A DNA stretch of 64,000 nucleotides from Laetmonice hystrix (taxonomy: Eukaryota), in contig OZ249436.1 of assembly GCA_965235115.1 (NCBI GenBank), forward strand, positions 21,764,001 through 21,828,000, in the 5' to 3' direction. Under the pieces are notes generated by a model, which saw only the letters and a list, made by a program, of their open reading frames with translations, made no database searches and was not told the DNA's origin. A program made the position numbers and the translations under genes. Positions 52,806 to 63,565 of the stretch are shown piece after piece; within the stretch, counting starts at the first letter, position 1; the number at the start of each line of letters is the position of its first letter.

Positions 52806-54759
52806 TGGGCTTTTGTAAACAAATCACGTTTTCAAATTAAGGCCACCCATTATCCGATCAATAAAGTATCATTCGTCTAGTTTGAACCTATGTATCTCGG
52901 GCTCCTTCATTGACGAGAACAGACGCGACCATGTGTGTAACGTTAGATAGAGAAATGATTAACAATGTTTTCTTACCTATCACGTCTAAGTTCTGAGGCA
53001 TTTCACCTCGATACTGGTACAGATAGAAAAACACGTCTTGATCCTCATTAAATCCAAAGTCTATTTTCCTTCTGTTTAAAACCAAGTCTTTACAGGAGGA
53101 GCACTGCATATCCATCACGGGAAACTTGCTTTCAAACACATGTCCTATAAGGCTTGTATATTACTTTATAGGCCTATATCTGGCCATGATAAAAGTTTTG
53201 TCTCGCATTCCCTGTATATAGCTGGTTGCCCCAAAATAAAGTAGCCAGGTGCATGCATGGCCACACATTCCGTGTACCACCTAAATACGGTATCAGGAGC
53301 AGGTGGTAACAGAGCACCAGGTCAGTGCAGTAATTCTCAAACTACACATGGCTGCGATCACATGCCTCCGAACAACAGGAAAATCCAATATTCTACATGG
53401 TTTAGGCCCATACACTTACCCGAACCTCTTTTTAGTTTTAAAACCCCCTATTAGTAATAATATTATTTGTAGGCCTACCGTTTATGGCAGTTATATTACG
53501 CGATATATTCGTGTATAATAGTTACCCTTTCTTTTTAAAAATTAGAGGGTTTTCATAAATGTGGGATGAAGCACAAAGTCCTCTATCTGTAACTACACTG
53601 TAAAGAATAATCGTTGTATTTACAGCAAAAATTTCTGGCAGCAAAGGTTCCACTTTGCTGCAAAAGTACAGCACATGATGTGCTGTATTTCTACAGCAAT
53701 ATGGTATGTAAAATAACAGGCATGCACTGTAAATAGAAACAGCAGTCACTACAGTTACTACTGATTTACTAGATGAAGTTGTGCATATTACCGGCAGATT
53801 CCAATGTATATTAGCACTATTAGTTTATTTATATACAGCATGAAGTACTGTATATTTACAGTATATTCTGATGTATAACAGCAGCAAATGGGAATTATTA
53901 TCCAGGACAAAGTTCTGTTACGTTACAGTGGATTATAACCAAGTAAATTAATTGTACACTGAACTCATGAAAATTATGATAAGCGAGAAACAAACATATG
54001 TCTCTTTAATTTAAATTCGTTTATGGCCTGATGATTTCAGACAGGTCCATTCGAGGAAAATTCAAACGTCTGCAACCTAAGAGGCTACTCCGCATGATAA
54101 TGTCCACTGCTTTTACAAAGGAGTTAATATTATGTTCTCTAGTGCCCAAAGATGGTGTTTCCATGAGAAATATTAACAAATCCCACTTCATAATTAGGCC
54201 CCTGTTTGACATTCCACTCTACTTACCATCACAAAGGGTGTATTCATATATATATATTATTGTTAATTTATGCCTGATCACAGGCATATGACACTTCGGG
54301 GTACAGACAAATAAAAAGGCAGGTGAGAGTCATCACGTGACCACTGTTCTGGTTATCCAGTAACGTCTTACGTCCTGTAAATTTACAGGAAGTCGAAGAT
54401 AATGTGATTTAACATAACAATATGCTGTAGACCTACCAGCACGTTCTGTATCTTTGTATATACATTGTACAGTGCATGCGCTGTTAATTTACAGCAAATT
54501 GTATTGTAGATTTTATTACAGCAAAAGTTGCTGTTAATATAAATTCTACCTTATGCGCTATAATATATTTAATATAAATTAATATATCGCCCACAAAACC
54601 AGGCATATAAATAACAATAACACAGTCATAGTTATAGGGCCTAACCATGCACAATATGCCCCCTAATAAATGGCTTTTGTAGATTTGTATGGCATATTAA
54701 TTCTTCCTAGATCTGTTTTTGTTTATGATATACAACCATGCATGCTCCACTATGCATAT

Positions 54760-54947
54760 CAGTGGCGGATCCAATAGGGGGCATTGGGGGCACGTGCCCC
54801 CCCCCCCCCCGGCAAAACTAAGAACCCCCTTCAAATTTCCCAGGAAATTAGGCACCCGGCGCTCGCCCAGGCCCTGTGCCCCCCCCCTCCCCCGCATCAA
54901 CCGGTGCCCCCCCCCCCCCGGCAACGACCCCTCTGGATCCGCCCCTG
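54760..54947. mobile_element. CAGTGGCGGATCCA MITE
   Basis: CAGTGGCGGATCCA ... TGGATCCGCCCCTG. Confidence 0.7.
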
Positions 54948-55146
54948 CTGTATGACTCATAGCCTACCTCAAGAAAAATGCCCCCCATAGTATGTCCTGC
55001 TATTATGAGCTGATAAAAGTAGGCCTAATGCCCTCTGCCGCTCGGCGGGATTGGCCCAAGGTCAGAAGGGTAGCAAGATGAGGTAAGCTGATTCCAAATT
55101 TCTTAATGAAGGATGATGCATTTAGGGTGCTCCAAAATAAATTTCA

Positions 55147-55222
55147 GCCCGATGAGGGAGTTATTCGAACCCGCGACCCTCATATTAAAAGTGTGATGCT
55201 CTACCGACTGAGCTAACCGGGC
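55147..55222 (-). pseudogene. tRNA-Lys(UUU)-derived pseudogene or SINE head
   Basis: GCCCGGTTAGCTCAGTCGGTAGAGCATCACACTTTTAATATGAGGGTCGCGGGTTCGAATAACTCCCTCATCGGGC has the tRNA-Lys D-arm and a TTT anticodon, but a mismatched anticodon stem and an insertion in the T-arm. Confidence 0.75.
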
Positions 55223-55341
55223 TCCATAAAATATTATTGCCAATCAAGTAAATTAAAAAATACTTGAGCCTCTCATTTGGGGGAAACACAAGCCAGAGTC
55301 CGGATGAGACCCTTTTGACCTTAGGGGGCTGTTAACATGGA

Positions 55342-55799
55342 AAACACACACGGCAAATAAGGTTTCGTAGACCAAATGAAACACCAGCATTTACCTCAGG
55401 GCAATAAATGCCACAATTACGTTGTCTGAATGAAGTAGGGGCCAATATAATTAACGTGTAGGCCCTATAACTGACCGATGTGTGACGCCGCTGGTTCTAA
55501 CCTTCCTCTGCTTGTGTGTTCATCACCTCGGACTTTCACAAACGTTGGGACTCCAAACATCGTGTAGACAAGGTCGGTGAGCAGAGTAACACGTAATGTT
55601 ACGCAATATGCCGTAGTGTGCATGCATTCGGCTCTGATGAACACACAAGCAGGTCGAGGTCAGAACCAGCGCGGCGTCACACATCGGGCAGTTACGCGTT
55701 AATTACTTCATTCAGACAACTTAATTGTGGCATTTATTGCCCTGAGGTAAATGCTGGTGTTCCATTTGGTCTACAAAACCTTATTTGCCGTGTGTGTTT
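55342..55799. mobile_element. Long-hairpin element with ~185-bp inverted arms, CACAC/GTGTG ends
   Basis: CACACACGGCAAATAAGGTTTCGTAGACCAAATG ... CATTTGGTCTACAAAACCTTATTTGCCGTGTGTG. Confidence 0.8.
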
Positions 55800-55982
55800 A
55801 GGCCTACCCTTCCTTTAAGTTCGGTTGTGTGATTTTTTTTTAGGGGAGATGTGCATGTAGACGGGCATCAGGCGTAGCCCAGTTCTCTTTATGATATTGG
55901 CCTAACACATTAATATGCCTTTAGGCCTCTATTTAAGAGAAATATAATAAAATTATAGTTAAATTTAGAAAAGTAAATTTAA

Positions 55983-56544
55983 AGGGAAGTGTGAGTGTTC
56001 AAAGCGCCACCTAGTGAGTCGCGTTGGTACCACTGGGGAAATGTGAGTATTCAAAGCGCCGCGTAGTGAGCCATGTTTGGCTTATTTATGCAGTCAACTA
56101 GGTTGATGTGGGAATCATTAGTATTTTTCAAACCATGAACCAAACTGTGTGCCAGAACCTGTCTACTCCATTGAATGCTATAGTTAAGACCCGTGTTTTA
56201 CCAAGGCACTGACTGTTTGGCAGGCCGTAACTTTTTTTTTTAATTCGGTCACCCCCAATTTTTTGTCCTGATCCACTTAACAGGGTTAAGTGAGTTTTGT
56301 TGAGTTTCAGGAGAAAATGAGTGGTCGTTTTTTAACTATTAGTCAAAATGTCTGAAAAGTCCTGTTTTTTTCCATTGAAACCTATAGGCCTAGTAAAGAC
56401 CCATTTTTTACGGAGGCCTGTATAAAAAAATCTAATTCGGTGACGTCATTTTTTGGGTTTCTTTGTACTCCTAGGACCAAAGGCTATCCCCCATAAAAAT
56501 ATTTTGAAAATTCCAGTGGTCGATTCGAACACTCACATTTCCCT
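55983..56544. mobile_element. Kolobok-type MITE
   Basis: TTAA|AGGGAAGTGTGAGTGTTCAAA ... TTCGAACACTCACATTTCCCT|TTAA. Confidence 0.85.
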
Positions 56545-56807
56545 TTAATTGTAGATTATTTCTCTGTTGAAACAGTCTTGTCATATCCCGCAGAAAGAAT
56601 TGAAAATTGGGTCTGACGTGCATGCCAAATAGGCCTACCTGTTTTCCTGGCATTTGGGAACAAAATCCAAGGTTATAGTTAGCTGGGGGAAAAATTAAAA
56701 ATTAACAATAGGGGGCGTGCGCTAACTTCTAAATCCGCCTCTGAAAATGATTCACCTCTTTGGAATTCCTAGCTAATTGATAGCCGGGTCCCCAGCTCTA
56801 TATTAAC

Positions 56808-57225
56808 TTCGTATATAGAGCCTGGTGATGGCCAATCGAAGCAAGCGTTGTGATTGGCCCATCGAAAACATGGACGCAAACGAGGTATAGTTCCGTACCC
56901 TCCGTATTTCTCCTACAAGACACAAATATTTTCGTCAATCCCTTTAAAATACAAGTGTTAAATGTCCTCGCTTTTCTGGATGTAAACATAGCGTCAGCAG
57001 TCCCCACACCTGCTACGGTCTGCATACGCAGGGGCATGTTGCTATTGTTGGCCACTCCCGGCCACGCTCCAAGCAGAAGTCAATCACTCTGTTAACGCTG
57101 ACCAACGGACCGGAGGCGGAAGTGATTAGCTCCGAGGCGGAAGTGCTCGGAGATCACCACTTCCGTTTTACAGCTTTCTGTTAGCCATCACCGGGCCTAA
57201 CATCAAGCGGATGCGTATGGTAAGG
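56808..57225. promoter_or_regulatory. Promoter-like region, gene(s) unidentified
   Basis: Two opposed CCAAT boxes (GGCCAATC ~56830, GATTGGCC ~56852), TATATA ~56812, three CGGAAGTG ETS-type motifs at 57115-57165, donor-like GTAAG at ~57220. Confidence 0.45.
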
Positions 57226-57475
57226 CACCGGGGACCAGGCTAGCTAATTGAGGCCTGCTACACCACATAAAGGAACACAAACTCTAGTATTGCAATTATA
57301 CTGAACTGTTCCCTGTTAATACATGACTATATTTTTCTACCAGGTGAACGACGGGTTAGAACATCGTCCCGGGGGGTTTTCGTTGTTTCCCCCATGCGAT
57401 ATATTTCTGTTGTTATTTTGTTGCTATTATTTATCTAACTTTTTTGGCTAAATGCTATAATTCATGGAGCCCGGT

Positions 57476-57575
57476 NNNNNNNNNNNNNNNNNNNNNNNNN
57501 NNNNNNNNNNNNNNNNNNNNNNNNNNNNNNNNNNNNNNNNNNNNNNNNNNNNNNNNNNNNNNNNNNNNNNNNNNN
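57476..57575. other. Assembly gap (100 N)
   Basis: Run of N; the transposon array starts mid-unit right after it. Confidence 1.
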
Positions 57576-57656
57576 CAGGAGGCACCCTCCACAAACGAGT
57601 CTACGTTTACTCAGTAACCTGCCCTGTACTTCTGTGACAGCCTGCCGCGGCTCCAT
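57576..57656 (-). CDS. 5' part of a His-Me finger nuclease copy, truncated by the gap
   Basis: MEPRQAVTEVQGRLLSKRRLVCGGCLL, identical to the starts at 60201 and 62292. Confidence 0.8.
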
Positions 57657-57753
57657 GATGCTTTGGTGGGTATGGGTGACACTCTCTGAATGTTGACTTT
57701 GGCAACCAGAAGTAAAATTCCTTTGTATAGTGAGTTTCCCATCAGGCCCCTAC

Positions 57754-58204
57754 AGGTTATGATCCACTATTTATTTTCTTCTATAATTTAATGTAATGTT
57801 TTGGCCATTTTCAATGTTTAAAATAATTTCTGCGAATGTCTGCTTGGCATGGCAGGTTAGATATGCATGTTTCCGACAATAAAAACTCAATTTACGTATA
57901 GGTTGAATGATTAGATTTTATTTTATCGGAGCTTCTGTTACATGACCCCAGGTGGCACCACCAAATCGACCAGAATACAGGCCTGTGATACATAACATAT
58001 TGGCTAAGATTTTCCAAGGAAAGTTAAGCAGATATTCTCTAATAATACACTGATATTATTGATCATATAGTGAACTTTTTCTCTGTGGTATTTGATGAGC
58101 ACATTCAGGGGGGTTATATCCATTCTTGGCCCTAGATACATTCACTCCATACCATTTTTGAGGGACAACCAGCAGCCCATTGGCTAAATAGGGGGTCATG
58201 ACCT
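57754..58204 (+). repeat. Long terminal direct repeat (LTDR) copy 1, 451 bp, with its own imperfect TIRs
   Basis: AGGTTATGATCC ... GGGTCATGACCT (10/12 inverted match), AC on both sides; near-identical to 62390-62839. Confidence 0.85.
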
Positions 58205-58931
58205 ACAGATCAAGACCCATCACCCCGAATCTGTTCAAAATTGGACCCCTTTAATGGTTATATGTTTGCAACAACCACACAAAATATAAATGGTGTAGAC
58301 TAAATGAAGACTGAGTTATCGATCATATACAATATGGACACTCGGAGATAAAAAAAACCCTATTTTGCCCTGCACTCATAGCAGTATTCTGACTTTGTGC
58401 ACAAATTAGACAATGAATAAAATTCATCTATGAACTTCTCATTTTAGTTATGTATTAAGCCAACATGTAAAGTGTTCAAAAGTTGAAATTAATAAATATA
58501 AAGTGAGAATCTTCATTCCCTATGAAGCATGTGAGTACCCCCTGTCATATTTTCAGTAAAAAAAAAGGTCCACTTTATTATATTTATCCCCATATCTCCC
58601 TATGTTGGATTTCAAAAGTGTCAAATTCAGTTGAGGGAATATGGGAAGGATGTTAACTTCAAAGAAACATCAAAAGAGATGTACTCCAAGTGTCTGTGTG
58701 GATGTATGGACCCCTCAAAGGTGGTCACCCACCCCAGGCAGGAAGCCTAGGTTAATAGGGGGAGGGGTTCAAAGGTGCCACTTGAGAGTCTGAGCTGCCT
58801 GGGAAGAGGGTGGGAGTGGGTATATATGAAGCCAACAGGCAGATCAAACTCAGTATCATTTTTCTGTTTGATTAGAACAGGATTTAAAAAAAAATTCGCC
58901 TAAATTATAGAGAATTTCTTAGAAAACTACC

Positions 58932-59712
58932 ATGACATCACGTAGCAGAAAGAAGCACAGCTGGAGACATGGCTTTCAACCTGGTAACTGCGCCTACAAG
59001 TTGAGAAAGCAGGCCGGTAGGCCTGAACCAGACGTAGGTGTCTATGTAAGACCCACCAAAGAAGAATTCGAATTACTCCGCTCACCTACACACAGTGGAA
59101 GAGGAGATCAGGCTGCAGCCACCATCACCGACAGTGAGGGCCGGCTGTGCAAGGCAAGGCCTTGCAAACAAAAAAAAGAAAAACTGGCTGTCACACAGTG
59201 CATTCCTGCCTGAGGGCTTTGGCCTTACATGCACGGATGGTGACAAGGAGAAACTGGTCAGACTGATTGAATACAGGCTGGGCCAGAAAGTCCTGGAAAA
59301 GACCAAACACCTGTTAACCACCCAGAAATGTGAAGCTGTCAACAGGGCCATAAGCAGTACAACACCCAAGAACAAAACATTTTCAAGGAACTTTGCTGCC
59401 AGAGTGCACTGTGCTGTGAATGCTGTGAATCGAGGGATTGGTGATTCAATCCTGAGTCAAACAGAGTTTGTGGGAGCCCCAGTCACTCCTGGTACACGGG
59501 TGACACGTGGCCTGCTGCGACGTCAGCAGCAGGACATGGCCAGAAAACTTGCCAGGGGGTCAACAAAGAAAAAGAATGCACGAATCAACAAAAGAAGGAC
59601 ACTTTTTAAGCTTAAGGACACCTGCGAACCACAGGATTCTAAAACTTATTACCAGAAAAATCTTGCCTTGAAACAGACTCAGCACAGTGACCATACCTAC
59701 ACAAAAATGTGA
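58932..59712 (+). pseudogene. Internally deleted, frameshifted Kolobok-type DDD/E transposase (copy 1)
   Basis: N-terminal part MTSRSRKKHSWRHGFQPGN.. shifts frame at an A8-G-A5 tract (~59170) to a C-terminal part with TTQKCEAVNRAISSTTPKNKTF..HCAVNAVNRG. This resembles the TQN.NE..N....PK motif around the catalytic Glu of Kolobok/'Mutator-like' transposases. ~260 codons is too short to hold the core. Confidence 0.75.
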
Positions 59713-59784
59713 ACATAAATTATGGCGGTGAGAGAGCTCGGGGTTAGACCTAAACTAAAGCTACACCTACCAGGAAAAAAACAG

Positions 59785-60201
59785 TTAGGGGGGCCTAGGG
59801 GTGTGTTCCCGGGTGCAAACTTGCTGTGCATTACAAACACGTCTTGCAGCATTCACTGGACGTGGCTCAAGGGTCAGGTGGGAGGGATTCACACACAGGG
59901 TTTGGTGGCACAAATGGCTAATTTCAACCCTATCTCCCTGAAGATTGATGTTGGGGGGCATTAAAATCTGAACCGAAATGTGGTTAATATTTGGTTGTTG
60001 AATAAGGTAGTGTAATTGATAGGCTAATCTATGGACACGAAAATAAATCTTTTTAGAGGAACCTGGCAAACGAAGACTTAGAACCCCATAGTGTGAATCT
60101 CCCCACCTGGCCTCTGTCCACAGGAGGCACCCTCCACAAACGAGTCTACGTTTACTCAGTAACCTGCCCTGTACTTCTGTGACAGCCTGCCGCGGCTCCA
60201 T
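59785..60201 (-). CDS. His-Me finger (His-Cys box, I-PpoI-like) endonuclease, 138 aa (copy 1)
   Basis: CLLW..YG..VHRLAY..EISHLCHQTLCVNPSHLTLEPRPVNAARRVC...C..H matches the zinc-binding loop of His-Cys box homing endonucleases (zf-His_Me_endon). Confidence 0.9.
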   Translation of the reverse strand: MEPRQAVTEVQGRLLSKRRLVCGGCLLWTEARWGDSHYGVLSLRLPGSSKKIYFRVHRLAYQLHYLIQQPNINHISVQILMPPNINLQGDRVEISHLCHQTLCVNPSHLTLEPRPVNAARRVCNAQQVCTREHTPRPP

Positions 60202-61021
60202 GATGCTTTGGTGGGTATGGGTGACACTCTCTGAATGTTGACTTTGGCAACCAGAAGTAAAATTCCTTTGTATAGTGAGTTTCCCATCAGGCCCCTACAG
60301 ATCAAGACCCATCACCCCGAATCTGTTCAAAATTGGACCCCTTTAATGGTTATATGTTTGCAACAACCACACAAAATATAAATGGTGTAGACTAAATGAA
60401 GACTGAGTTATCGATCATATACAATATGGACACTCGGAGATAAAAAAAACCCTATTTTGCCCTGCACTCATAGCAGTATTCTGACTTTGTGCACAAATTA
60501 GACAATGAATAAATTCATCTATGAACTTCTCATTTTAGTTATGTATTAAGCCAACATGTAAAGTGTTCAAAAGTTGAAATTAATAAATATAAAGTGAGAA
60601 TCTTCATTCCCTATGAAGCATGTGAGTACCCCCTGTCATATTTTCAGTAAAAAAAAGGTCCACTTTATTATATTTATCCCCATATCTCCCTATGTTGGAT
60701 TTCAAAAGTGTCAAATTCAGTTGAGGGAATATGGGAAGGATGTTAACTTCAAAGAAACATCAAAAGAGATGTACTCCAAGTGTCTGTGTGGATGTATGGA
60801 CCCCTCAAAGGTGGTCACCCACCCCAGGCAGGAAGCCTAGGTTAATAGGGGGAGGGGTTCAAAGGTGCCACTTGAGAGTCTGAGCTGCCTGGGAAGAGGG
60901 TGGGAGTGGGTATATATGAAGCCAACAGGCAGATCAAACTCAGTATCATTTTTCTGTTTGATTAGAACAGGATTTAAAAAAAAATTCGCCTAAATTATAG
61001 AGAATTTCTTAGAAAACTACC

Positions 61022-61803
61022 ATGACATCACGTAGCAGAAAGAAGCACAGCTGGAGACATGGCTTTCAACCTGGTAACTGCGCCTACAAGTTGAGAAAGC
61101 AGGCCGGTAGGCCTGAACCAGACGTAGGTGTCTATGTAAGACCCACCAAAGAAGAATTCGAATTACTCCGCTCACCTACACACAGTGGAAGAGGAGATCA
61201 GGCTGCAGCCACCATCACCGACAGTGAGGGCCGGCTGTGCAAGGCAAGGCCTTGCAAACAAAAAAAAAGAAAAACTGGCTGTCACACAGTGCATTCCTGC
61301 CTGAGGGCTTTGGCCTTACATGCACGGATGGTGACAAGGAGAAACTGGTCAGACTGATTGAATACAGGCTGGGCCAGAAAGTCCTGGAAAAGACCAAACA
61401 CCTGTTAACCACCCAGAAATGTGAAGCTGTCAACAGGGCCATAAGCAGTACAACACCCAAGAACAAAACATTTTCAAGGAACTTTGCTGCCAGAGTGCAC
61501 TGTGCTGTGAATGCTGTGAATCGAGGGATTGGTGATTCAATCCTGAGTCAAACAGAGTTTGTGGGAGCCCCAGTCACTCCTGGTACACGGGTGACACGTG
61601 GCCTGCTGCGACGTCAGCAGCAGGACATGGCCAGAAAACTTGCCAGGGGGTCAACAAAGAAAAAGAATGCACGAATCAACAAAAGAAGGACACTTTTTAA
61701 GCTTAAGGACACCTGCGAACCACAGGATTCTAAAACTTATTACCAGAAAAATCTTGCCTTGAAACAGACTCAGCACAGTGACCATACCTACACAAAAATG
61801 TGA
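61022..61803 (+). pseudogene. Internally deleted, frameshifted Kolobok-type transposase (copy 2)
   Basis: Same as copy 1 but with an A9-G-A5 tract. Confidence 0.75.
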
Positions 61804-61875
61804 ACATAAATTATGGCGGTGAGAGAGCTCGGGGTTAGACCTAAACTAAAGCTACACCTACCAGGAAAAAAACAG

Positions 61876-62292
61876 TTAGGGGGGCCTAGGGGTGTGTTCC
61901 CGGGTGCAAACTTGCTGTGCATTACAAACACGTCTTGCAGCATTCACTGGACGTGGCTCAAGGGTCAGGTGGGAGGGATTCACACACAGGGTTTGGTGGC
62001 ACAAATGGCTAATTTCAACCCTATCTCCCTGAAGATTGATGTTGGGGGGCATTAAAATCTGAACCGAAATGTGGTTAATATTTGGTTGTTGAATAAGGTA
62101 GTGTAATTGATAGGCTAATCTATGGACACGAAAATAAATCTTTTTAGAGGAACCTGGCAAACGAAGACTTAGAACCCCATAGTGTGAATCTCCCCACCTG
62201 GCCTCTGTCCACAGGAGGCACCCTCCACAAACGAGTCTACGTTTACTCAGTAACCTGCCCTGTACTTCTGTGACAGCCTGCCGCGGCTCCAT
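61876..62292 (-). CDS. His-Me finger endonuclease, 138 aa (copy 2)
   Basis: Translation identical to 59785-60201. Confidence 0.9.
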   Translation of the reverse strand: MEPRQAVTEVQGRLLSKRRLVCGGCLLWTEARWGDSHYGVLSLRLPGSSKKIYFRVHRLAYQLHYLIQQPNINHISVQILMPPNINLQGDRVEISHLCHQTLCVNPSHLTLEPRPVNAARRVCNAQQVCTREHTPRPP

Positions 62293-62389
62293 GATGCTTT
62301 GGTGGGTATGGGTGACACTCTCTGAATGTTGACTTTGGCAACCAGAAGTAAAATTCCTTTGTATAGTGAGTTTCCCATCAGGCCCCTAC

Positions 62390-62839
62390 AGGTTATGATC
62401 CACTATTTATTTTCTTCTATAATTTAATGTAATGTTTTGGCCATTTTCAATGTTTAAAATAATTTCTGCGAATGTCTGCTTGGCATGGCAGGTTAGATAT
62501 GCATGTTTCCGACAATAAAAACTCAATTTACGTATAGGTTGAATGATTAGATTTTATTTTATCGGAGCTTCTGTTACATGACCCCAGGTGGCACCACCAA
62601 ATCGACCAGAATACAGGCCTGTGATACATAACATATTGGCTAAGATTTTCCAAGGAAAGTTAAGCAGATATTCTCTAATAATACACTGATATTATTGATC
62701 ATATAGTGAACTTTTTCTCTGTGGTATTTGATGAGCACATTCAGGGGGGTTATATCCATTCTTGGCCCTAGATACATTCACTCCATACCATTTTGAGGGA
62801 CAACCAGCAGCCCATTGGCTAAATAGGGGGTCATGACCT
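62390..62839 (+). repeat. LTDR copy 2, 450 bp
   Basis: AC|AGGTTATGATCC ... GGGTCATGACCT|AC. Confidence 0.85.
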
Positions 62840-63565
62840 ACAGATCAAGACCCATCACCCCGAATCTGTTCAAAATTGGACCCCTTTAATGGTTATATGT
62901 TTGCAACAACCACACAAAATATAAATGGTGTAGACTAAATGAAGACTGAGTTATCGATCATATACAATATGGACACTCGGAGATAAAAAAAACCCTATTT
63001 TGCCCTGCACTCATAGCAGTATTCTGACTTTGTGCACAAATTAGACAATGAATAAATTCATCTATGAACTTCTCATTTTAGTTATGTATTAAGCCAACAT
63101 GTAAAGTGTTCAAAAGTTGAAATTAATAAATATAAAGTGAGAATCTTCATTCCCTATGAAGCATGTGAGTACCCCCTGTCATATTTTCAGTAAAAAAAAA
63201 GGTCCACTTTATTATATTTATCCCCATATCTCCCTATGTTGGATTTCAAAAGTGTCAAATTCAGTTGAGGGAATATGGGAAGGATGTTAACTTCAAAGAA
63301 ACATCAAAAGAGATGTACTCCAAGTGTCTGTGTGGATGTATGGACCCCTCAAAGGTGGTCACCCACCCCAGGCAGGAAGCCTAGGTTAATAGGGGGAGGG
63401 GTTCAAAGGTGCCACTTGAGAGTCTGAGCTGCCTGGGAAGAGGGTGGGAGTGGGTATATATGAAGCCAACAGGCAGATCAAACTCAGTATCATTTTTCTG
63501 TTTGATTAGAACAGGATTTAAAAAAAAATTCGCCTAAATTATAGAGAATTTCTTAGAAAACTACC

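Noticed and set aside
53596..54474. CACTG-ended element, with a YEVGFVNISHGN peptide faintly like a Polinton capsid-region motif
   Set aside because: The TIR match is short and the frame is interrupted by stops; too weak to call without a search.
57462..57575. ORF 57462-57656 extending through X residues
   Set aside because: Artefact of translating across the N gap.
57756..58208. GT...AG segment absent from one unit, read as precise intron loss
   Set aside because: It lies outside any ORF, has a weak donor and no polypyrimidine tract, and coincides with a TIR-bounded ~450-bp module. LTDR loss explains it better.
59722..59964. 80-aa plus-strand ORF downstream of the transposase remnant (also 61813-62055)
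   Set aside because: Antisense overlap of the nuclease gene with no independent evidence.
59785..60201. Group I intron homing endonuclease in rDNA
   Set aside because: No rRNA or ribozyme context is visible; the ORF sits in a transposon-like unit opposite a transposase remnant.
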